DNA of 64,000 nucleotides from Candidatus Bathyarchaeota archaeon. Its GTDB lineage: Archaea > Thermoproteota > Bathyarchaeia > Bathyarchaeales > Bathycorpusculaceae. Where the stretch lies: contig CAVYHV010000017.1 in the NCBI GenBank assembly GCA_963768425.1, positions 96,001 to 160,000 on the forward strand, given 5' to 3'. Made by a program: the position numbers and the translations under genes. Each line of letters opens with the position of its first letter. Position 1 is the first letter of the stretch. The notes under the pieces are model-generated. The model saw nothing but the letters and a program-made list of their open reading frames with translations. It was not told the DNA's origin and ran no database searches. This document shows, piece after piece, positions 50,990 through 59,542 of this stretch.

Positions 50990-52922
50990 TTAAGCTGCCC
51001 AGCCAAGTTTCTGCGTTCTTCCCTTACAATAGTGTGCGACCTCACCAGGACGAGTTTGTCAGCACGGTTTACAACGCCGTGCATGAGAGGCGTTCGGTTC
51101 TCATTGAAGGCAGCAATGGGTTGGGAAAAACGATTTCGGCTCTTTCCGCTTGTGTGCCAGTCGCCATCGAAAAGAACTTAAAGATTCTGTATGTGGCGAG
51201 GACACATCGGCAGCATGATCGGGTCATAGAAGAGCTGCGAGCTATCTACAATAAGCATCATGTATCAGGAGTTTCAATCCGTGGACGCAACGAGATGTGC
51301 CTAAACGTTTTTGCTCAGAGAGGCGCGTTTGACTCGAAATCGCTTATGGAAGTCTGCGAGCTCCTTAAAGCCAAAGGCAGATGCCCTTACTATGTAAGCG
51401 TAGACGAGCGAACCTACGATTACCTTGTGCTTCAGCAGCAAGTTTCAACTAAACCGTACATGGCGTCGGAAATCATACAGGTTTGCAAGAAAAAACAAGT
51501 CTGCCCCTACGAATTGGTCAAATCAGCCCTGTCAGAAGCTAAAGTAATCGCATTAAGCTACCTCTACGTTTTCGACCCCCAAATTCGACACGGCTTTCCT
51601 AAAAAACTTGGAGACTGAACTTGGAAAAATCATCTTAATTGTTGATGAAGCCCACAACTTGCCTGAAACAGCCATTGACATTTCAAGCATCAGCCTGTCG
51701 CTTTTTGTGATGAAGCAGGCGGAGCTGGAAGCAAACAGATTTCACAACAAGGATGCTGAAGCGTTTGCCTTATTCTTCAGAGAAGAAGTGGAAAAACTGA
51801 TTGATCATGTCAGCCGAGAGGAAATCATGTCTCCCGAATCCATCCTTGAAATCATCGAAAAGCAAGGGAACATTAAAAATCCACGCGAGTTTTTTGAGCA
51901 GCTACACGATGCAGGTGGGGCAATTAGGAAGACCTTGTTGGCTGAGGGAAAGAACCCGCGTTCCTACATTCATGCGATGAGCGAGTTTTTGCTTAAATGG
52001 GTTGATACTGTGGGAGATGAGCTCCTACATCAACGTTGCAAGCAGCTACCTCAACAAGGAAAGAAACAGGACGGCGAAGCTGCAGATAGTTGCGTTGGAC
52101 CCTGCGAAAATCACCGAACCCGTTTTCTCGTCAACCTATGCCAACGTTATAATGTCAGGGACACTTCAGCCGCTGCAGGCTTTCGAAAGAATAACTAAAC
52201 TTCCACTGAACACCGTTGAATGCGTTGTGCCTTCGCCGTTTCCCAAAGAGCACGTTTTTTCAGCAGTCTGCTGCGGCGTGAGCACTTCGTTGGAGAAAAG
52301 AACCCCAGCCATGTACCAGACAATGATTGAGCGGATAGATGAGGTGGTTGAGAATACTCCGACTAACACGGGGGTTTTCACCGCTTCATTTGGAGTGCTG
52401 AATTCGCTAATTGAGGCAGGCTTAGAAAATAAGCTGCAGAAGCCGTTTTTTCATGAACGAAGAGACATGACTTCCAAAGCCAACGAGAAAATAGTTCAGG
52501 ACTTTAAGGGATTCGGGGGCAAAGGCGGCGCTGTTTTCCTCGGCGTGCAGGGCGGAAGAACATCCGAAGGCGTGGATTTTCCCGGCAACCAAATGAACTC
52601 CGTGGTGGTCGTCGGGGTCCCATACGCTGAGCCAACCCCCAGAGTAAAAGCACAGATCGAATATTATGAGAAGCGTTTTCCAGGATTCGGTCGCGAATAT
52701 GGGTACATTTTGCCAGCTATGAAAAAAGCGTCTCAAGCGGCGGGCAGACCCATAAGAACACTGGACGACATGGGAGCAATTATCTTCTTAGATTACCGCT
52801 TTTCTACAAGTTATTGCCGAAACTTTCTCCCGTCATGGATAACTGAACGCATGAAAACGCTTCCAAATGAAAACGGGGTTTTAGCGCAGGAAATAAAAAG
52901 CTTCTTCAAAGGTCAATCTTGA
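50986..52922 (+). CDS. XPD/Rad3-family Fe-S DNA helicase, split by two indels
   Basis: GLGKT, RTH.Q, Fe-S cysteines, DEAHN, SGTL, SEGVDF, QAAGRPIR motifs. Confidence 0.93.
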
Positions 52923-53998
52923 ATTTCCCTCAACTTCTCATCCAAACAAACTTTCCCAACAACAATTCTTGAAGGCTTGGTTGAAACAGCCGTTTGCACC
53001 TTTAGGGCTCTTCGCAACTGGTTAATTTCTCTCAAGACGCCGATTCCTAAAAATTTACTACCTGAACCGTAAAGCCCCACAAGCAATCCTTTGTCTGGCG
53101 TCAGATTTTTGGGAAGAGCACCTCGAGGTTCAATAGTCACTTGGGTTACGGGATAGTTTTGGAGTTTAGCATCTTTAAGGTACCTTGCGTAGGTCATTTC
53201 CCTTAGGCTTTTACGTTTCTCAGCGGTTCTTGGGCTAAGAGATGAAGAAAGTTCAACTGTAAGAACGGGTTGTCCTATGTTAGCGATCAGCGCTTTAAGT
53301 TCATCTGTGGCTTGAACTCCAACGATTACGTCGGGTGTTAGCTCTTTAATTAACGCCGTCTTGTACTGAATTGCGATGTCACCTTCGACCCAGCCGTCTG
53401 TGTTAACTACGACAAAGTCAACTGGTCGCTGCAGAATTTCAGCCTTCAAAACAGCGAAGCCTTCAATTGTTTTGACAATTGCCATTATCGGCGATGTTAC
53501 CCCGACAAAGTTGGCGTTTTCAAGTTTCAAATCGTAGAGTTCCGTGACGGGTTTGGAAGCCAGGGCGTAGCTAACGGTTCCTGAGGGTCCAATGTCTGAC
53601 TGACCTAAGTCTCCATCTAATACCGCAACCCTACATTTGCCATTTACGAGTTTGTTCACTAAGTAAGTGCAGTAGCTGCTTTTTCCTGAGTCAATTTTTC
53701 CTAAAACCAAAACGACGGGGGGTCTCTTCTGCACAGCCAAAATTGATTCAAGAGGGTTGCTCCATGAATCAGGGATTGTGCTGCCATCTGTCTCTTGCAT
53801 TGCCGCGTTTGGCCCTAGAGATATGTCAAAGACTGCTTTTTCAAAAGCAAGAAAAGGCAGTCTCTTTCCTTCCCGCACCACAACCTTTTGAGAAGGCTTA
53901 ACTTGACAGCCGAAGACCTCAGATCTTCCGGAAACAAGCTTCACGGATGCAGGACCATCAACTAGAATTGTCCTATTGGATTCGACTGTCTGTTGCAA
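52913..53998 (-). CDS. Clp1/Grc3-family polynucleotide 5'-OH kinase
   Basis: GKIDSGKSS, DGDLGQSDIGP, NTDGW, R..LRE..Y motifs. Confidence 0.92.
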   Translation of the reverse strand: MQQTVESNRTILVDGPASVKLVSGRSEVFGCQVKPSQKVVVREGKRLPFLAFEKAVFDISLGPNAAMQETDGSTIPDSWSNPLESILAVQKRPPVVLVLGKIDSGKSSYCTYLVNKLVNGKCRVAVLDGDLGQSDIGPSGTVSYALASKPVTELYDLKLENANFVGVTSPIMAIVKTIEGFAVLKAEILQRPVDFVVVNTDGWVEGDIAIQYKTALIKELTPDVIVGVQATDELKALIANIGQPVLTVELSSSLSPRTAEKRKSLREMTYARYLKDAKLQNYPVTQVTIEPRGALPKNLTPDKGLLVGLYGSGSKFLGIGVLREINQLRRALKVQTAVSTKPSRIVVGKVCLDEKLREIQD

Positions 53999-54629
53999 CC
54001 TTTTCTCCCCTTGGAACAATGTACCCTGTTCTCGCGGCTATTCGTTTGGCCGAAGAAATGTGCCTAATTTTTCGGCTTCGTCTATTCTCTTTAAGTGGCT
54101 GATTGGTCCCTTTTTCGTTTACAACTTCAAGCGCAACCTGCGGCGGCAACGCAGAATCCAAGTTCTCAACTATTTCCTTGTAAATGGGAACACCGTTACC
54201 GATTTTCACAGAAACATTTGTCAAAGAAAAATCAACGTCCTTAACCAGTTTTTGTAGGCTGAGCACTAACTCGTTTATACTGAAACAGTTGTTTTCCTCT
54301 ATCACTATGCCATCAGCGATAACTGCAAGCCCTATAGCCCCGCCGGGGTCAACGCCCACTATTATTTTTTCGTATTTTTCTTTACCTTGGAGAATCAGCT
54401 TTACCGCTTTAACTAAAGCATCGAGTTCACCCTCTTCGGGCAGGATCAGAATTTTTTCATGGGAAACCAGATGCCTTTCTTTTTCGGTTGTTATTACAAC
54501 CTCAACTTCGGATGAGACAGGTTCGCCCGGAACCAAATTAACAAAGGGGATGCCTTGCTCTTGCAGCTTGTTAACAATCAGGAAGTAAGCTTTTCCTTTT
54601 ACCGTTGCTACCGCAACTTTTTCTTTCAA
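53973..54629 (-). CDS. hypothetical protein with RNase H-fold (YqgF/RuvC-like) domain
   Basis: IIVGVDPG, KIGNG, VNE.GT, H..SA..IA pattern. Confidence 0.75.
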   Translation of the reverse strand: MKEKVAVATVKGKAYFLIVNKLQEQGIPFVNLVPGEPVSSEVEVVITTEKERHLVSHEKILILPEEGELDALVKAVKLILQGKEKYEKIIVGVDPGGAIGLAVIADGIVIEENNCFSINELVLSLQKLVKDVDFSLTNVSVKIGNGVPIYKEIVENLDSALPPQVALEVVNEKGTNQPLKENRRSRKIRHISSAKRIAARTGYIVPRGEKVATDSRIQ

Positions 54630-54693
54630 TCAATCAACCTTGGAGCACACGTTTAAGTGCAAAAAACATTACTAGTTTCAAGTTTAATAAAAC

Positions 54694-55404
54694 TTGGGTA
54701 TGAAAATGGACACGATCATCACGGGCTGCAAATGCATCGACGACAACATCGGTGGAGGAATCTTGCCCCAAAACGTTGTTTTAATCTATGGTGAACCCGA
54801 AACTGGGAAATCTACACTTGCAATACAATGCGCCGTCAACTGTGCATTTCAAAACCTCAAAACCCTCTACGTTGACTGTGATAACACGTTCTCATCGAAA
54901 AGAATGGCGCAGATATCAAAAGGAAATTTTGAGCATATCGCTGACCAAGTCATTTTGATTAGACCCAAGAATTTCCGTGAGCAAACTGCAGTTATTGACC
55001 GTATCCAAGATTACACGGCGAAGAATTTTGGGTTAATAGTGATTGACACTTTAACTTCGCTTTACGGCGCAGAGGTTGCCCAACGTTCAGGCAAAGCCTT
55101 TAGCGTAAACCGCGAGTTAAACAGGCAACTGGCGATTTTAGCGCAGTCTACAAAAATCCGAAAAATCCCCGTAATCGTGATAAGCCAAGTTCGAAGCGTG
55201 CTTGACAATCCAAACGTCACAGTGGCACCCGTCGCTAACAGGGTTTTGAAGTTCTGGGGAGACACAATTATCGTTCTGAAACCAACCGAGTACCCGCAAA
55301 CCATCGAAGCCACCATTGAAAAATCCCCTGCAAACGTCAACGAAATCACCTGTTATGTACAAATACTTGAATCCGGAATACAAGATACTCAAATCCCGAA
55401 ATAA
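54694..55404 (+). CDS. radB: RadB-like RecA-family ATPase
   Basis: TGC..ID...GGG, GEPETGKST, IVIDT, SQVR; core-only length. Confidence 0.85.
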   Translation: MGMKMDTIITGCKCIDDNIGGGILPQNVVLIYGEPETGKSTLAIQCAVNCAFQNLKTLYVDCDNTFSSKRMAQISKGNFEHIADQVILIRPKNFREQTAVIDRIQDYTAKNFGLIVIDTLTSLYGAEVAQRSGKAFSVNRELNRQLAILAQSTKIRKIPVIVISQVRSVLDNPNVTVAPVANRVLKFWGDTIIVLKPTEYPQTIEATIEKSPANVNEITCYVQILESGIQDTQIPK

Positions 55405-55913
55405 TGACGGTTGACCATATGAGCATAGTCTTGCTAGTTGTTGATGCACTGAAATTTATTTTCCCAGCTTACTGTGCAAACGCAACGCCAGTACTTGCAG
55501 GCGGCGGAACAAAAATGGATTTCGGCAAAAACTTCTTTGACGACAAACGGGTTTTCGGCGACAACAAAACTTTCAGAGGCTTCTTCTTCGGTCTCGCCAT
55601 CGGCGCCCTGGTCGGTGCCATGGAGGTCGTTGCTTTTCACTTCCCGACGCTATTTGCCTTCCTAATCCCTTTAGGAGCGCTTCTCGGCGATTTAACAGGG
55701 GCGTTTTTGAAGAGAAGAGCAGGAATCGCGCCCGGGGGCTTGCTACCTATCGTTGACCAAATCGATTTTGTTGTGGGCGCTGTTGTGTTTGCGCTTCCTT
55801 TAGCAATCGTGAGCTGGCAACTCGCAGTTGCAGTTCTGCTGATCACCCCGCCAATCCATCTTTTCACAAACTACTTAGCCTTCAAATTGAAACTAAAAAA
55901 GAACCCATGGTAG
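55404..55913 (+). CDS. carS: CDP-archaeol synthase
   Basis: PAYCAN..PV, KTFRG, GDL..AFLKRR, DQIDF, K..PW motifs. Confidence 0.95.
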   Translation: MTVDHMSIVLLVVDALKFIFPAYCANATPVLAGGGTKMDFGKNFFDDKRVFGDNKTFRGFFFGLAIGALVGAMEVVAFHFPTLFAFLIPLGALLGDLTGAFLKRRAGIAPGGLLPIVDQIDFVVGAVVFALPLAIVSWQLAVAVLLITPPIHLFTNYLAFKLKLKKNPW

Positions 55914-56080
55914 AAAACCACTTACTTAGTAGGGATTTTGTTGCAAAAAACAGGTCTTAGCGGAGAAAAACGCCTGTGTTTTTGGTGCGATTTGATAACA
56001 ATGTTGAAAAAGTTCAGCCGTAAAACGGGTTAATTTCTATTTTAGAGATACCGAGCAAAAAAGAAAATGAAAAGGCTGAC

Positions 56081-56506
56081 TTAGCCGCCTTGAGTGGATT
56101 TGAATGATATTGCGCCTTCTAGGAATATGTATGATAGAAGCAGAAATGTCACGCCTATTATAAGCAACATGTAGGCTTGCCGCGGCTTGTAGGCGCTCTT
56201 TGTGCTTTGATAAATCGCAAATAGACCAAAGAAGCCGAAAGCATAGAGTATACATGCGATAATTGTGTCGGAGATGAATTGTCCGCTGACGCTTGGGTAA
56301 AGGAAGTAGATCACTGTGGTTCCCAGATAAGCTGGGGCAGGGTGAGTGATGAGAGTGTACAATCCGCCGCCGAAAAGGAAAATTGCATAACCGACTCCAA
56401 CGAATGTTAATATTAGCGCTGTGGGGGTTGTCGTTTGGATCCTTTGGAACCAGCGACTCAGCGAAAAGGATACATCTGAAGACCGCTTTTTCAGTTTATT
56501 TGACAT
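56081..56506 (-). CDS. OSTC/DC2 (OST3/OST6-family)-like three-TM protein
   Basis: FLFGGGLY.LI..P, SVSGQFISD, GFFGL, LLIIG...LLLSY...K matches my recollection of the eukaryotic DC2 pattern. Confidence 0.75.
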   Translation of the reverse strand: MSNKLKKRSSDVSFSLSRWFQRIQTTTPTALILTFVGVGYAIFLFGGGLYTLITHPAPAYLGTTVIYFLYPSVSGQFISDTIIACILYAFGFFGLFAIYQSTKSAYKPRQAYMLLIIGVTFLLLSYIFLEGAISFKSTQGG

Positions 56507-56720
56507 GCCCGTTCTCATCCTTAATTAAGTGCTCTACCACCTCTTTAGCCCATCCTCCAGTTAATGAATTTTTCTGAATCGCAACCAGATATTCCATCCA
56601 AACGAGGTCTGACGCCCTTCGCCAAGCATCAAATTTCTCCAAAACGTTCCTGTAAGCCCTTAAATGAAGCGAGCAAAAGCCAGCCTCCTCTGCTTCCCTG
56701 ACGCAAACCTTACATTTCAC
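56496..56720 (-). CDS. small CxxC/CxxH zinc-binding hypothetical protein
   Basis: CKVC...FCSLH; GTG start overlaps topA stop. Confidence 0.75.
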   Translation of the reverse strand: MKCKVCVREAEEAGFCSLHLRAYRNVLEKFDAWRRASDLVWMEYLVAIQKNSLTGGWAKEVVEHLIKDENGHVK

Positions 56721-58795
56721 TATTTTGCCTCCTTCTTGTCGGGGCAATCAGGGTTAAGGCATAGGATCCAAGAATGCCGGCTTCCAAACCAGACATTAAT
56801 CATCGGGCTACCGCAGCTTTTGCACGGACTATTCAACCTTTTTAAAGCTCCTTTTTGAGGCAACGGAAAAGTAGCGTGACATTTGTTTTCTTTGAAGAAG
56901 TTTGTGCAGCCCACAAAACGTTTACCAGTTTTTTGGGAACGCAAAATAATCAACTTTCCGTCATCGCATTTTGGGCAAGCCCCAACTGTCTTTTCATCAA
57001 AACGAACTTGTTGTAACGTTCCACTTAACCGTTGACCAATCTCGGATTCATTTGCCTTAAGTTTTGACATAACTGGTTTCAGAATGGAAACAGCGTTTTT
57101 CAACACTGATTCTTTTGTTACTTTGCCTTCTTGGATGTCAGCCATTTCTTTCTCGAGGTTTTTGGTCATTTCAGGCGAGACAATCGCAGGCGAATATTTC
57201 GTCAAGGCATCGACTACTTCAAAGCCAAGTTCAGATATAGAAAAATTGCCCGCGCCGCAGACATATTTGCGGTCCTGCAGCGTCTCTATGGTTGCTGCCC
57301 TAGTAGCCTTGGTTCCAATGTTTTCTTTCTCCATTTTCAAAAGCAAACTACGGGGATTATACCTTGGCGGGGGCTTGGTAAAATTGGTCTTTACAACTAC
57401 CCGTTTAACAGTCACTTTTTGCCCCACACTTAAAGATGGCAAAAGCACGTCTTTAATTTGATCAAAGGGCTCATAGAGTCGAATCCATCCTGCCTTAAGC
57501 GTTTTCACGCCGCCTAAGTGAAACTTGTTTCCATTGACGGCCACAGTTATCTTTGTGCTTTGGCGGATGGCGGGTTCACCGAACACAGCCATAAATCTGC
57601 GTATGATAAGGTCAAAAACATTTCTTTCAGCGTTCTCAAGGGGGTTCCCAAGTAAATCCCCCGTCGGATAAATTGCAGGATGTGCAGAATCAAACCTTGG
57701 TCCCTCATTCGGCTTTAAAGACGGCTTGGATAGCAACTCAGAAGCCTGTTTCTTGTAAATTTGGATTTTAGCCAGCTTTCCCAGTATAGCTTTGTAACCT
57801 ATTGTAGGCGGAAGCTTTTGACTGCTTGTCCTCGGATATGAGATTAATGCGTTCAGATACAGTTGCTGCGCTATGCTCGAAGTCCTCGCAGGCGTGTACT
57901 TGAAGAGTCTGTATGCTTCACTCTGCAGCGCACCTAAATCAAATGGAAAAGGCGGCTGCACATAGAACTCTTCCCCAACAACGGATTCCACTTCCCCTTT
58001 CCCTGTTTTGCATTCAACCATGACCCGCGCAGCGTCTTGCTTGCGATTCAAAATATTTTCGTATTCCGCGTCTAATGCAAAATCGTCGACAATTACTTTG
58101 GCAATCAGCATCCAGTATGGCGTTGGTACAAAGCATCCAATTGTTTTTTCTCGTTCTTCCAGAAACTTTAGAGTTGGCCCCTGAACTCGTCCAGTACTGA
58201 GCACTGCATATTGCCCGCTGTTTTTTTTGACGGCTGATGTTAATGCTCTTGAAAGGTTGATACCGTAAAGCCAGTCGACTTCATGCCTGGCCAATCCCGC
58301 TTGGATGAGGGCAAAATCCAGGGTCGGTAGTAGGTGATTATATGATTCCCGTAGCTCATCTCGCGTGAGAGTGGAGTACTTCATGCGTTTTGCATTTTGC
58401 TCTTTGCCCCCGCAAGCGTATTTGAGAATGCAGTAGCCGATGAGACTGCCTTCAATATCGTAGTCGCATGCGTCAACGAAGCAATCGGCATTCTCCGCTA
58501 GCTTAGCGATAACTTTGAGCCAAACGAGAATTCTCGACGCACCCTTCTCAGCCAAGTACCTTGGGACCCATTCGTAGTCGAAAATAGGAAAGCCGCCGTG
58601 AGGTTTTTTCTTGGCTGCCACAGTGTATAGATGTCCAAGTGCGGGAACTACAACCAAGTCCCCGTCACTATAAGCGTGATAGTAAGGGACACCGCGATCA
58701 ACGTTTCTTTTTCCGCGCCCTTCAATATCCAAAGCCGCAGCTATTCTGCTGGCGGCATCAGGCTTCTCGGTGATAATTAAAGTGTACTTTCCCAT
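56720..58795 (-). CDS. topA: type IA DNA topoisomerase
   Basis: TEKP, DYDIEG, GRVQGPTL, ISYPRT active Tyr, AHPAIYPT, C-terminal zinc ribbons. Confidence 0.96.
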   Translation of the reverse strand: MGKYTLIITEKPDAASRIAAALDIEGRGKRNVDRGVPYYHAYSDGDLVVVPALGHLYTVAAKKKPHGGFPIFDYEWVPRYLAEKGASRILVWLKVIAKLAENADCFVDACDYDIEGSLIGYCILKYACGGKEQNAKRMKYSTLTRDELRESYNHLLPTLDFALIQAGLARHEVDWLYGINLSRALTSAVKKNSGQYAVLSTGRVQGPTLKFLEEREKTIGCFVPTPYWMLIAKVIVDDFALDAEYENILNRKQDAARVMVECKTGKGEVESVVGEEFYVQPPFPFDLGALQSEAYRLFKYTPARTSSIAQQLYLNALISYPRTSSQKLPPTIGYKAILGKLAKIQIYKKQASELLSKPSLKPNEGPRFDSAHPAIYPTGDLLGNPLENAERNVFDLIIRRFMAVFGEPAIRQSTKITVAVNGNKFHLGGVKTLKAGWIRLYEPFDQIKDVLLPSLSVGQKVTVKRVVVKTNFTKPPPRYNPRSLLLKMEKENIGTKATRAATIETLQDRKYVCGAGNFSISELGFEVVDALTKYSPAIVSPEMTKNLEKEMADIQEGKVTKESVLKNAVSILKPVMSKLKANESEIGQRLSGTLQQVRFDEKTVGACPKCDDGKLIILRSQKTGKRFVGCTNFFKENKCHATFPLPQKGALKRLNSPCKSCGSPMINVWFGSRHSWILCLNPDCPDKKEAK

Positions 58796-58945
58796 GACAG
58801 TTTAACTCGCCGCATTAAGTCACAAAATACCCATTCTTGAAATAAAGGTTTGCAATACCGCAAACGTCAAAGCATTAACCAGCATGGTGATCATTTTTTA
58901 GCAACCAATAAATATTCCATGACCATGTATTAGCTGGGAAATTAG

Positions 58946-59116
58946 ATGCCGCAACGTGTTATTTGCCATGGGTGCAATCATGTTTTGTATGAAGGATCTG
59001 AGCTAAAGCCTCCGGACGAAATTATTTCTCAAAATGGAGGAAAATGTCCGAAATGCAATCGGAAACTTTCATTGTTGCCATTAGATGTGGAAGTTAAACC
59101 ACTAAGTAAGCGGTAA
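58946..59116 (+). CDS. small zinc-ribbon protein (56 aa, below cutoff)
   Basis: MPQRVICHGCNHVLYEGSELKPPDEIISQNGGKCPKCNRKLSLLPLDVEVKPLSKR. Confidence 0.85.
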   Translation: MPQRVICHGCNHVLYEGSELKPPDEIISQNGGKCPKCNRKLSLLPLDVEVKPLSKR

Positions 59117-59269
59117 CAGCCAGGTTCATTTTCACAGTCAAAACCAACAAAAAGATAGGGCAGAAATTTTTCCTAGGAATAAGAGGCAAATGGGTGAGTG
59201 CGTAACTTGAAATCCGCACACAGCAGTTTATGTCGTGTTGTCCTATTTGTTTTTAAACGAGATAAATTG

Positions 59270-59428
59270 ATGAGTCAAATGACTAAGCGCAAAATCACTT
59301 CTAAAACAAAAGCTGGGCAGTACATGTGCCCTGAATGCGGCAAAATCTTTGAGGACAAAAAATCCGTTGACACTCACATTTATGGCAAGCATGAACCCAA
59401 CTTGAAGAGCGCATGGAAACTCGCGTAG
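59270..59428 (+). CDS. single C2H2 zinc-finger protein
   Basis: YMCPECGKIFEDKKSVDTHIYGKH. Confidence 0.8.
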   Translation: MSQMTKRKITSKTKAGQYMCPECGKIFEDKKSVDTHIYGKHEPNLKSAWKLA

Positions 59429-59542
59429 AAATAAGCGTTTTTCATGCATTTTTCCTCCCCAACTCAAAAGGGCAAAACTTTGTTTTGTAGTCACTAAAGA
59501 TTTTAGTCTCATATGCGCATAGACATGTTAAGGTCAAATGGG

